A stretch of DNA of 30,500 nucleotides from the NCBI GenBank assembly GCA_001724265.1, contig MEDY01000187.1, positions 62,001 to 92,500 on the forward strand, read 5' to 3'. The translations under genes and the position numbers were made by a program. Positions 25,401 through 28,058 of this stretch are shown in pieces. This stretch comes from Rhizaria sp. SCN 62-66. Its lineage: Eukaryota. The number at the start of each line of letters is the position of its first letter. Within the stretch, counting starts at the first letter, position 1. The notes under the pieces are model-generated. The model was not told where the DNA came from. It did not search any database and was given only the letters and a program-made list of their open reading frames with translations.

Positions 25401-28058
25401 ACTAGTACTAGCATTAGAGCTATCAGTAGCCTTAGCGGCGGCGGCCTTCTTGTTCTTCTTGCTCTTGCTCCTGCTCCTGGCAGCGCTCTCCTCGTTCATT
25501 GTGGCGGTCTTGATCGCGAACGCGGCGGCCGCGGTGGTATAGACCGCGGCGAGCACGGCGGGCAGCGTCAGCAGCGCCGACTCGGGCCCTGCGAGTGCGA
25601 GCGCGGCATTGAACCCCGACAGCCGCAGCGGGATCAGCGGCGCGAGCGCGGCCGCGGCGAGCCCCGCCATAGGGCTGGCGTGCGCGTCGGCCGTCGCCGC
25701 TGCGGCGCGCAGCGTCGCGGAGCCCGTGGCGCGCGTGGCGGCGTGCAGCCCGGAAGCCGCGCGCGTGGCGGCCGCGAACGTCTCCACGGCCGCGCTGTCC
25801 GTTGCGAACGGGTGCGGGGCGTGGTTGTACAGCAGCAGCGCGCCGGTAGCAGTAACCACGGTTAGCACGTCCTCGAACAGCCGCGGCGCGGGGTTGAAGC
25901 ACAGATTCAGCACGTGTGTGCTGTGTGGGATGACCGACAGCGACGTCGGCAGCTGCACAGCGCACGAGGCGACGCCGCCGGCCGCCACACTGCTGTTGCC
26001 ACTGCTGCCGTGCGTGAGCAGCGCGTCGGAGCGCGGGTGCGCAAAGGCGTAGGGGAACTTGTGCGGCATCTTAACCATCTGGACAATGTGCGAGTTGGTC
26101 GGCGAGTAGGCAAGCCATAGACCTGAGGGCGCGAGCGTCGAGTGGACGCGGATGGGCACCAGCTGGCTGCTGTTGCTGGCCATGACGCGCGACACCGCGG
26201 CAGCCGAGACGGCGGGACGGGGCGCAAAGAAGTCCAGGAACGGCTCGGGCGAGAGGTAGCTGGGCATGACCCACTGCGGGACCAGACATGACTCGTACGC
26301 CACGAAGGCGGCGATAGTCGAGCCGGAGACTGCGATGAGCAGCGGCGCGATGACCGCGCGCGCGGGGACGTCGGCCAGCGTGGCGATGCCCGGCGGCAGG
26401 GCGGTAAGCCGCGACAGCACCGCGGCGGCCGCGGAGGCGGTGCCAGCGGCAGCGGCGGCGACAGTGGCGTCCGCGGCCGCAGAGTCGGCGCCGGCCGCGA
26501 GCATGGCCTTACGGATCAGGTCGAGCACGCACGATGGCACGAGCTCGCTGCTGCTGCTGTTTGTCGAGTCAGCGGCGGAAGAAAAGGACGACGACGACGA
26601 CGCGAGCGGCGAGCTGAGCGCGGTGGCGAGGTGGTGAACCTGCGAGAGCAGGCGCAGTTTGGCCAGCGCGCGCAGCGAGCGCGGCACACGCACGTGCGCC
26701 ATGTGCCAGTGCAGCGCCACGACGGCCGATGGCGGCGCGGGGCGCGATTCGTGCGGGGCAACAGCGGTCGACGCACTCGCACTGCTGTCTGAAACTGAGC
26801 TCTGACTGCTGCTGGAGCTGTTGCCGACGCTGGAGGCGTGCTTGGTGGCGAGAGCGAGGTCGATCGAGGGCATTTGCGCCGCGGACAGCACCTGCCAGGA
26901 CCAGGAGTATGCCAAATAGGGTCGAATGTGGCTCACGTCGTGGCTGCCGCTCTCGGCCGCGGCCGTAGACCGCGCGCACGAGGGCGCGTACTGGTCCGAG
27001 CTGGCCGTGTTGAGTCCCGCGCAGGCGGGGTCGGCGCCGAACGGGGCGCGGGGCAGCGCCGAATCGAAGCGCGGGCCCGTCGCCGAGGAGCTGGTAATGT
27101 AGCGGGTCGGCGCCTGGGTGTCGGTCAGGATCGAGCAGAGGTCGGACGCATCCGAGGACGAGGACGAAGATGACGACGCAGAGGAGGAACCAGGGCCTGA
27201 GGCCGAGGCGGAGGCGGCAGCGGCGGCGGAGGCAGTCGCGGAAGTCAGCTGCGTGTGCGTGAGCCGCATTGTGACAAGAAACGGCCCGCAGGCGACCGAC
27301 ACGAGGCACTGCGTGGCGCCGGTGCCGGTGACGAACGCGGCGGACACGGCGGTGGAGGCGTCGCCGGGGGCCGGGCCGAGCGCGGACGAGGGCGCAGGGA
27401 TGTAAGAGTCAAACACGGAGATGGCCGTAATAGCGGGGCACTTAAACTCCGCGGTCTGGTCCTCTTGCGCGGCCGCGGCGGCGCCGGTGGTGCCAGGACA
27501 CTGAAAGCCCGCGCCGGGGACGTCACCGACGGCCGAGGCGGCGGCGAGCGCGGCGACGGTGTCGGCGACGTCGACGACTGTGAGCATTGCGAGCCGGTGG
27601 TCCAGCAACTGGATCGTGGTGCCCGTGGCCGTGACCCAGTACACCTGCTTGTCGCAGGCGTAGACGAAGGACTGAGTGAGCGACGGCGAGGCCACTGGGT
27701 GTGACAGCGGCGCCAAGAGTCCGACGTCCGCCGTCGCGGCGTGGGTCGCCGTGAACGCGGTCTTGTGATGCAGCGCAAGCTGCTGCAGTGGGGGCAGCGC
27801 GGTGAGGTTCGACAGGGCGAGCGCAGAGTCGGAGATGCCCCCGGCGGCGGCCGCGGCGGCGCCAGGACGCGAGGGAGGGGCCCCGGACCCGTCCTTGCCG
27901 CCACCGCTGCCACCAGCGGCGCCGACGCCTGCGGAGGACGAGGACGCGAGAGGGGGCTTGCTAGAAGAAGCAGAGCCACTGGCGGCGCCGCCGGACATGC
28001 GTGCAAAGGACATCAGCGCCTGGTCATGGCTGATGATGTTGCGCTGGGTGCGGCTCAT
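1464..28058 (-). CDS. RAV1: Giant RAVE complex subunit Rav1 / Rabconnectin-3A (DMXL1/2) family WD40 scaffold, 8864 aa; V-ATPase assembly factor homolog
   Basis: One uninterrupted frame. The track start at 28082 is a GTG. The first ATG is at 28058 in a GCCATG context, and the stop is TAA at 1464-1466. The Rav1p_C core reads DCLLWYLALGKKDTLLGLMRR..FFCNDFTQDMFREKAMANAFNALAKQKYHVAAAFFLLAG..DWQLGLLVAKLVD (~13741-14030). Also present are LPFYHPLMLIEDLRAGHIVRVRNVLAHLLK (~16790-16880) and a DMXL-type C-terminal WD40 start VTALASHPTLPLYVSA..ILLWHF (~5446-5537). Codons show a strong GC3 bias. Confidence 0.93.
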   Translation of the reverse strand: MSRTQRNIISHDQALMSFARMSGGAASGSASSSKPPLASSSSAGVGAAGGSGGGKDGSGAPPSRPGAAAAAAGGISDSALALSNLTALPPLQQLALHHKTAFTATHAATADVGLLAPLSHPVASPSLTQSFVYACDKQVYWVTATGTTIQLLDHRLAMLTVVDVADTVAALAAASAVGDVPGAGFQCPGTTGAAAAAQEDQTAEFKCPAITAISVFDSYIPAPSSALGPAPGDASTAVSAAFVTGTGATQCLVSVACGPFLVTMRLTHTQLTSATASAAAAASASASGPGSSSASSSSSSSSDASDLCSILTDTQAPTRYITSSSATGPRFDSALPRAPFGADPACAGLNTASSDQYAPSCARSTAAAESGSHDVSHIRPYLAYSWSWQVLSAAQMPSIDLALATKHASSVGNSSSSSQSSVSDSSASASTAVAPHESRPAPPSAVVALHWHMAHVRVPRSLRALAKLRLLSQVHHLATALSSPLASSSSSFSSAADSTNSSSSELVPSCVLDLIRKAMLAAGADSAAADATVAAAAAGTASAAAAVLSRLTALPPGIATLADVPARAVIAPLLIAVSGSTIAAFVAYESCLVPQWVMPSYLSPEPFLDFFAPRPAVSAAAVSRVMASNSSQLVPIRVHSTLAPSGLWLAYSPTNSHIVQMVKMPHKFPYAFAHPRSDALLTHGSSGNSSVAAGGVASCAVQLPTSLSVIPHSTHVLNLCFNPAPRLFEDVLTVVTATGALLLYNHAPHPFATDSAAVETFAAATRAASGLHAATRATGSATLRAAAATADAHASPMAGLAAAALAPLIPLRLSGFNAALALAGPESALLTLPAVLAAVYTTAAAAFAIKTATMNEESAARSRSKSKKNKKAAAAKATDSSNASTSASASGCASTCPQPRVPMVITARMLENHTALLSRLVPASPWSCTLRQFAPRDATAVTAAASATTGGPTAVAGGPAMPASMHADAATPSAPGAPAPPMSISPSAELATAPDDLTAGSAAAVAALVTTGQRAALLAAFTRLSAVAAAGGDVAAAAENALESVLIPARVAVSAAVEFFPSSRNGISAVAAGSETSATPLWAAAAAGHAAATAVEYPYPTAAPINTRLPRRTPAESAAEASAGTGFLAAWATGQPWRSLLPDAPAATTAAAAALSAAASAAIGTTDFTRGAAAAIFASPRFTSAGWVEDVVPCDRDTFNLAMGLFPLLPRMSPHADAVTATAQANNVLRRARNADPNSSGALPGSAAAVAAAASAAASAPGLRAGRAQLTPQQQAVEDAVGAAKRWGVTRLGVQDAPQMHAPLGAGSARAPPFGYHLGDSLLIADVYKTGTLFCSSGAFVSAMTPIPLTKWRQAVRSGAAVLSTWRTSVQHNTIDNNVGADGNPAGAAAAASARAPAAVSADALSGSSASSGSATTATATLRERLRASVALGVPSLDRRDANLLCAHGITGSHIASYGRMLAASGAVLESSAHRRGGGTAARGAVPVETLVAATLPYVSNGTGVPSLLDATLPALVTLLSLLTSAQGAVAERSAAAAAAEMEAVAAQDSFGYASPRSTDTYGFSSSGLVSTAPRANDLVSKAGKVWTYLTAALSPELLTLAVATAAGAPSATLSCFARSASYVFTAALALPAAASFLQPTVAATSGSRASFHPLGPDAVAVRLRLLTALAASPLAAGSGFAVAMRSQLTARSLAAAPFESARPFTGLASVATAAAAAASTPLPLSPVTVTTVAATGPVEFANGAAAGADACAVFAYYDDSPRSLAEVVRVLRRTARIGTAPLVTVPHQPAANATQSTGAAADVAKATRAIESFSEWCSVPVAATASTGPSAARGSNLLLVAHLLTAHPSHPVSRLLVADSRGALACYYVSDLGSHAPQAVLLATFGRSFPASLPATVRAFATPLPAAGTANAVSVAPTGTITDSFLPAVGRPTPQWYAARAAAASDPASASAPLVGSADVATVAPSYAATMGLLNPDGSLIIPSMPAPAPGPTRAGASAAARFTFDSALPASLQAPPPVPRSGNASPAPGAAGPGSGATPVVQTISPPACTAALSNLPLALMSPELRQRTAVPYMLRVYLACAQSGLLHEYLCRQNHENGEWSVEGQWAACVGGAAPQDMESVLSVGGLTSAHSETASAITLLIDNHDSDNDECGDDDDAAAATTDPDSNGSASVTSNSDADSDTDTDDDDECVSETSSALPELPSEAAYETSVATLSTALHNTHSQAPVPHPSLPLSAIIDARGEISVYSHITGSFDSGSASNAGSATWEGDVASASATNSAMASDLGIFAPLAPVINAYASTAAESVGGAAGVLLATAAAAAAAGAAPACAGLADAPTMQLHSQVILPQRQNSHSAAAAGLEPRYTSVAWAPACEGSDLTLFAVGFIAPPTRNRRKNARKFCRRRNCSAKVKPQSTTKSTAAANSSTAAALADCSLFSTKEDLLPGVSTAARDTALLASLYRASAATVGPASASPSWRQRADAVVMGPPMLALPQANARRGCCDCSDARTDSDAALWLVDTFAFTSSGAGGNRWYRSGRIILPEVAGMLPPAVALALTRAARAADAAGGDATGTAACESMGGLLAPPSVVIIPGAHPVASLPGALAAQTAVDAAVADREAQAAAAIASRNVTKLPQQLQQQKQHQNATSVAEIDSIAQAPTFDTASTGSDAESECSNGDGERSESDGVDGHRPLAADTLTTVERSHDWLIVTIADTVFTYCVPSRVMPPPTEVPAAQASRAASVGSVPTYVSAVTLDAETGMLNALVPAANAPAAPWHAPCRAAFATASAENSVGDDDDSSTPLPAAASVVCASSSRSRGVDAFDEWAAENFWSDVVLLRVDHVPLSERDSCIAVRSSNVSAACNAGAAGATLFPSNVILDSADSTSGGKGSVAYDEDDDGDDVTNIDANAAAVALMLEAYSRVDTTTFVKVLPFSQAAGVAASPFAPSSHSGILIFFGSLTGRVVLLELPIHDPRAPASLLSGFHTHAPSLASAALAPVVDLQASDPLTVVARTANGVVSVWEADVAFVGSDALSAASDAAGGRRARKSAAARLMALPGATLGYRREVILRARPPVAALPLLRSSATANDLATAATPAAGFNPMSFATGSLSADAASAAATCVVREDGAMGAVQLSSVAAEAVLASLMWMLHGGAAPLQPSDEDTTVSLAATVKFLSQSHKLKPTSAPTTSSSSASSASGLRIDTSVAEDDVSFVSPLSSTTAAIGNKNAKLEDIGGISAHDVSIRSLARAHAVTEGISERHSAARLTLASLPPFTVIESFSVLIDVADGTLRIALPSALPGCIDIHSPAGTYAPMSANSGASSTASAAAASSSGGSGAGSTGAGGDMASVASLRLGRGLVVSEAAMYLATVPPRVRVEHAPALHPDLLALFPPGLEAVAAHTTTAAKAAVAAAVAAGAQQREQAHNKGVFVPARSVVATARNALSLVVNSLVATTATMSVTARSRTRGGAPTATTSPDVLSRWLRLGLTTMDARDLESLLSPRWQHDHSVPLAPPGFAVRGLVSTFPAQVLVWHTNPPSATPTAAASLAYTRRPRDPLRAARLVSTSAIILPAPNARLPPSVSFSLSVSAPLLALAALQPVLAAALTALQPAAAASSRGGATPSGSSSMMAFANLGRTGFASRPGASSGATPSRYGAPSSSSSATASASVSPLPHLLPLLRALPTSVALSATSSVAAACSYALVLNAAAAAQPTATHALPALPFYHPLMLIEDLRAGHIVRVRNVLAHLLKELLCATGLAGASIAHKDAEADAAAAAAAAADAARAPTFSVASLREGNNAAASAPRLQRIPPPVLKKFTRASKLGLPAFAALLPPPLPAASAISSGAALSAAGSSDGGAVLAEQLASAGVDMESLKQMVRRQVAVEREAKELRLLNQAAAANRAAAEAAAAAEKAKKASGPAAAAAAAKPKKVKSMLDSSSDDDDDDSGINMNNTAAPAAKSTAPSQPKVRSMLDSSSEDDEAPAPAPAPVATPAAKPKPAVAAAPRVRSMLDSDSSSGEEEPQPAAKPAAAAPAASTGGALAESDSDDDSNPFGINMDSSSSRRPAASASGSGAFGSSASSASAAPFGTNSGVAVAASGARTVFKLRPPQRHLAPLPWTLQHAQELAYILTGHSITGATGPGAAPKAPSHEGVATAVPYMPTVNRGSMLTSTVHLPFLTGDEVRAVIALAYAAASLDVVFTQDSLLDDLGVRFSALAHASAFAMIETVKARLALEADSKAALIAATLDASARENELSAASPSAAIAAANSIAIQNATAEARIVSLSELMDCGPASSVALLSAVPLRATSDSSSRANASAAAAAAVPVSVGSGVLSVLGNLPGNKISVAPGATPSSTATSEFGTPGFGSMLSPSALASPTGTTRRVRRLTPFAAVPFMGGTLASPVTVLAPTLINNAGADTSSNVEITNDVPPLPLVLSTTSHGTAAVTAQLPLVAGTASASGVTSSSGGSSGGGALSISATSPVQALAAQISAASSRPLTTLLQPLMAVIAAGLHSQTRVATIATVLGTLRSLVQSAEAQETLASAAAGSQVVRPDGTVTGPMHKTPQTLPPAATPFACLAHAMATSAGGGVSGLVGGVGTSNFGAPSTTAASEILPVMASLPPSIANWATFRLLGLGYLLLHPRTPVAEARAVVERIAAAQQARTRSVNDCLLWYLALGKKDTLLGLMRRDPTMGKAYQFFCNDFTQDMFREKAMANAFNALAKQKYHVAAAFFLLAGAPDQAARVLYRNDNDWQLGLLVAKLVDPLSTTPAIALQEEAVAQAKRAAAAAAAGASGVRARMLPENESLGDANVIARGLFARILRFDVLPQAHQQQDRWFAHVALTLLDNAPAAAAALLPYSPRSARVALSGVADGDCAAAGSNANASSSRRATKSATAAAPGAMLWRTADGVSVDGTLAVWSVPWLDSLSPPCPLFFPSYSTLDPAAASLLDAMLAANVLTVGAVAALGHAIGSVALPVELSDYASQELRKKTVDALIVAGMNITDTSASAHTRAPKAATSASVAAGAAGRVNVLHRAASVTVVTVAPTGFPELVPEPCPITSTVSFPAVRGARTPAAATAAAAAASVPLRAHHVVVVPFSHLVALAASLPLTTATAAAATVLRFSSCLSAGLYQRQGLALSALDVLTRVAAAGPLRIAAAARAEREVRSMSLDMAPESDSSSGSDNDSDGENVFNAAGAGAGYYSNVNPGSSNSVAKFTAFASPAQNRTSSGTSNNMGLGWGSPVLSRDATTNCDAALNGNPGVSARASSCAAASRLPGLAQPVFVARIVQSLLTASAGFRQSAAMLDTTPRGANSSSNGGTSPSPGTSSPGPLTAASSVGRVALSSPSSPAAAGIGVIGGSSVPVVMDEAAAWNASLVCGLLDADTTHDLLHLARIAHTSPFKLIASLSSALLVRASLRPLVSLHLNAQRSFIPLLTLEASMAADLTSSPTLIGGRSNPNVIASAFATQAGSGGVLSNGTDHHTPRSSKLGRISSTASMGGDGTHSPALRGTSSPAACAMTAAAARNVLSSWDPRRRTYPYTLLMSLPLPGHISPHTFGPQFAFSLLRHDAEDLTALLRTRSLGQLLHRPRYWSQLYSMVNRCGQWSEVLFAPEQMSATADPAGNFSDLTLPSTLNQQQQSGSVAAPGALDPLGPLRSVMTLVRVGTPFPQALELILNPCTANAATAPGAAEGSSRNNCYLSVRLPCTTGTHNHHHHHHHAGQTHNASAHSSRGAPKLVHSASMAFGAAAAGGATVGAGSLLTKAGSIAIPSAGPAPTAPSPRNSTADNTFNTNARAPAVNRTTRADSLSMTLPPAAAAAAAIAAAGGANSGTGAIRGSASATAQASGEAEVAYLQQYFAAQFQHQRQQQAGQAAGPALSQSSFLLERTHKSGRMLLPLLLCFSEVAQTLWAIASGHMSALNSLLAAGIPAALLKLPMPTIEEADLLAVGAHATHGGVKTRAAAAQASAPGRVSSGFSGGTRGGANSAAPGAGGYERYPRHMPSHPSPLVAAALADPSAAALAFGWHTLASDMFVLTALRELLSKITAMYGGVGVYSPQRVFSSSLILGDFAVNATVSAPLRTSPASGAAGANPADACCQALNVNLPLLHTSSLRAVRDSTARLTSALTRNLRVALDRLTTQIHTDARALANRTMLEKALFESHALPPIVVPTGSNGTYGGALASPEQLAAAYAQVTAGPRVDATLMSAASTAAASAGSGARNGGVSGANGLLACAVEGARVALLREAARGLGLMMLFAPSLTKVAESVTTKLVTARITAKPADSTRLYVASPTPGANNTADADSDGDEVDASLNTTGSRSARELKAHIIGGMLSVAGVALRLSSSASASLFAQAASDESQSTAAAAAAARKRLGLSANAGPSASAASQLVSLPWLVPPLQPSPLGVVLQPRPSARASAFIAVGAVAVGALAALPRVVLCGIGSRRAAIGTIQRAREQERAVAIHVATLHASIIANTALSAVSSKPSSVATIALAPPTAAAVVGATGAAATAATVVSSFVLSSISTALAHGTGSVGKGGVRAHGRELHCNEFDNGATLVTAACAAASSPAASGSEAGQSASQLLTSSASITMAPNQDPAESILLVPSAPTYTPSSGSSGGNSSSGNNSLTPGNLRSPTASTSRHYSYNSGAHDSDSDDEDGDANARGGYVMPFPVFALMESLLWPPLPVSDATALWARWGMYQRLLPYVSDVMAAVGCRKPEIPRLLVDTNIGTLLDPAAAAAAAGAANSSTSPSPGPDSSARRGRYGASGAQAQVPATRLRRCAFVPPLRLCRPASSWVVAVPDSSALARRAAALAGIAAFPALASLSMLARAAAAPSPVTRLTVGPAVAVAVDEDCGAAGADVGVLLQREVELAIAMAVAPDVMASHTARNAVTSKMMVANTMLERSLSEANADAVTEDQMSTDRAGSVSAVAQSLTSSRSRDAVLRGIAGAISRSPLAFAPLSVEERYASSAPTVDVFGPVTVYAATTGGRSVSDPLSALMATRSGASNSLWSLSADDTAPPATGVAFNSADPSFAVVATAAGLKEINLSGILGMRALISRRAALSRSLGPLAAAVHTADPFYADVSTLEDDGISALSCASTTKIVDIARARRGLPPLNGAQPSGTPGNNAYNSRDSAAATAQQTDFLETLVSSPSDWVLAPMSEAAWLLSLTFLAHRERWLGACVRGLSVTAQGVIARTGAFGGTTATVPAFAGSRAFSEDTLSRALSIDTVSQPAANALARSARAYVCALATALRLSSAQTAAVVAAAATAASKSRFARIRYSMATSSLRSVSLVSAGARAGIYDGHGSLASLLQPYLAVAATHMGRKYSDVVFPSFARLQMHAAAADAAHVAEMESMAIAITPATDGFGRPVNASTSASTQLQHSRSALAVPSSAAATGPSANSNALSPTQLTTVASTGSRLPSTAGGSSISDATANVPGANATVTGTAPLPSPSAAPALSTAAASALVAAAVADPSLSAWPRTNQWSRQLRVKAVTALASHPTLPLYVSANLHNQILLWHFFSPIPIAALVFVAAPHTGPASIDAGAQANLQAHAGALAAAAGLAPELALATAMPPAPAVPTAPAQPKTRGWGSFFSGILPSASNSKKSSSSSSSSSGSGSGAGGSSGGSGSASANGSSGPRAPINQCNTCGGGAELCLCALDVRCLHRAQPGRHRTAASAPVGAGAGVAGTIPTPGSGGVAMADRIVDLTFDPTGTYIAALTRRGYTAVWALSPATLDAAASFAPVHGTDPATAAAAAAAMSNGIGGGLSTTVAALAQPPCSQCAAQIHASSMQGGKTPQAPSPAVIAAAAPVPVLPARFLWRSLARRGTVIRFVPASSASAAVVAAAAAASATGASSHGATITAAAGGLVLATAGMGSLAPVSTVPGSAASRMASPHAANLVLWDLSPCLSTAAVAIAAADFVPRRLSSFTVFSEAVSTRATSMRAAVRGGLSPSVITQVSVAQAVALGAAVVAAETKTNPAALAAFAAGPSAGPDAAAAADASSSERASLTSVSVSASFSPALSLCTGIAAPASSRDIVPPATLVSATMSPAAAASAVALSAAANPVSTLAAAQGYVPAAPVQALLASVGAKPVQLALSISGATVVTAATTLAPQSGSASGTAAAAAAAAATALSGAGLPPPLPVILPVVTSIECLDGLGWIVCGGGLITVGDGVVLGPGGALSVLGASNSTSASSTAAAIAAGSAVSPYVAAPPSSASAAAFAAGNSGISPSAAAEAFLPFALDSVDSDDSFPWHAFDDPLHQNQSGAGASGAHSSALLAILDVRANVVRQRIDLTNEAAVISTAAAVPASQSAAGAWVVPSSLLGGGAVSQAASPSLAAALRLLATHAVLAPAPLGVATTAAMQRSAASPESPLPPGAIPAGGNGPQALVRGSGTTSAGQVAALRERGAASAAAATAAGLEPAHVGIVRSLHLYLSSLPVPVPQMQALPPLAQLASFVFPHTAVKTAEAPAGGFVSADVAVTAAPRQVHLLGLAPPAAVRAASAAAAAAAGGSAASAGVLLSAPAGQRHGRSIVTSVSYSPTLKALLAGDNYGNMFVMSIADSLVVAPAAAATGADIAPTAAVLATYGYADANDDGLDGSDSDDEDTLLQDRGVHAHCNAGVRRPPRRAACPVLSRRTLALALNMSSVHQAQAAAVAAVRAADLQDLQQPQQRNKSSGSSGGDGANAAQNTTSTSSTRAATAAALLSVQTVVDAALAGANGGDDDDECVSMALYLANSGVAIGPGLRLQHVYTHATAAVSSLADGPAAGKDASKESSSSATRKDASGVTGLAALLAAHAAGGGFPLGVKQVVCANAANGAISVLVVCGDGSMRALGSLDPAAE
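1488..6960 (-). other. C-terminal WD40 beta-propeller region of DMXL type, split by insertions
   Basis: Strand-like blocks: GVAFNSADPSFAVVAT..LKEINL (~6876-6960); SHPTLPLYVSA; RIVDLTFDPTGTYIAALTRRGYTAVWAL (~4811-4896); VLATAG; ANLVLWDL (~4287-4310); LAILDVRANVVRQRI (~3120-3165); IVTSVSYSPTLKALLAGDNYGNMFVMSI (~2317-2400); GVKQV..VLVVCGDGSMRAL (~1488-1575). Confidence 0.75.
10872..10892 (-). repeat. Poly-His tract (H7) inside the giant ORF
   Basis: The (GTG)n-like run on the + strand gives CAC/CAT codons in frame on the - strand: THNHHHHHHHAGQTH. Confidence 0.85.
13465..16880 (-). other. Rav1p_C (RAVE protein 1 C-terminal) domain region within the giant ORF, split by insertions
   Basis: Blocks occur in the family's order: LPFYHP; HLPFLTGDEVRAVIALA; LDDLGVRF; AAGLHSQT; WATFRLLGLGYLL; the core ending AAAFFLLAG; DRWFAHVALTLLDN. 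Confidence 0.85.
15978..16258 (-). repeat. Three copies of the peptide motif (K/R)V(K/R)SMLDS followed by a Ser/acidic tract
   Basis: KKVKSMLDSSSDDDDDD (~16204-16255), PKVRSMLDSSSEDDE (~16098-16143) and PRVRSMLDSDSSSGEEE (~15978-16030), separated by Ala/Pro/Lys linkers. Confidence 0.8.

Noticed and set aside
1464-28058. Giant ORF as a PKS/NRPS, adhesin, viral polyprotein or transposon
   Set aside because: I found no such catalytic or repeat motifs. The recognisable blocks all match Rav1/DMXL in colinear order.
1464-28058. Frequent GCG/GCC runs and short GC palindromes as a repeat array or CRISPR
   Set aside because: They are poly-Ala/Ser/Asp codon runs and an effect of high GC. There is no constant repeat with regular spacers.
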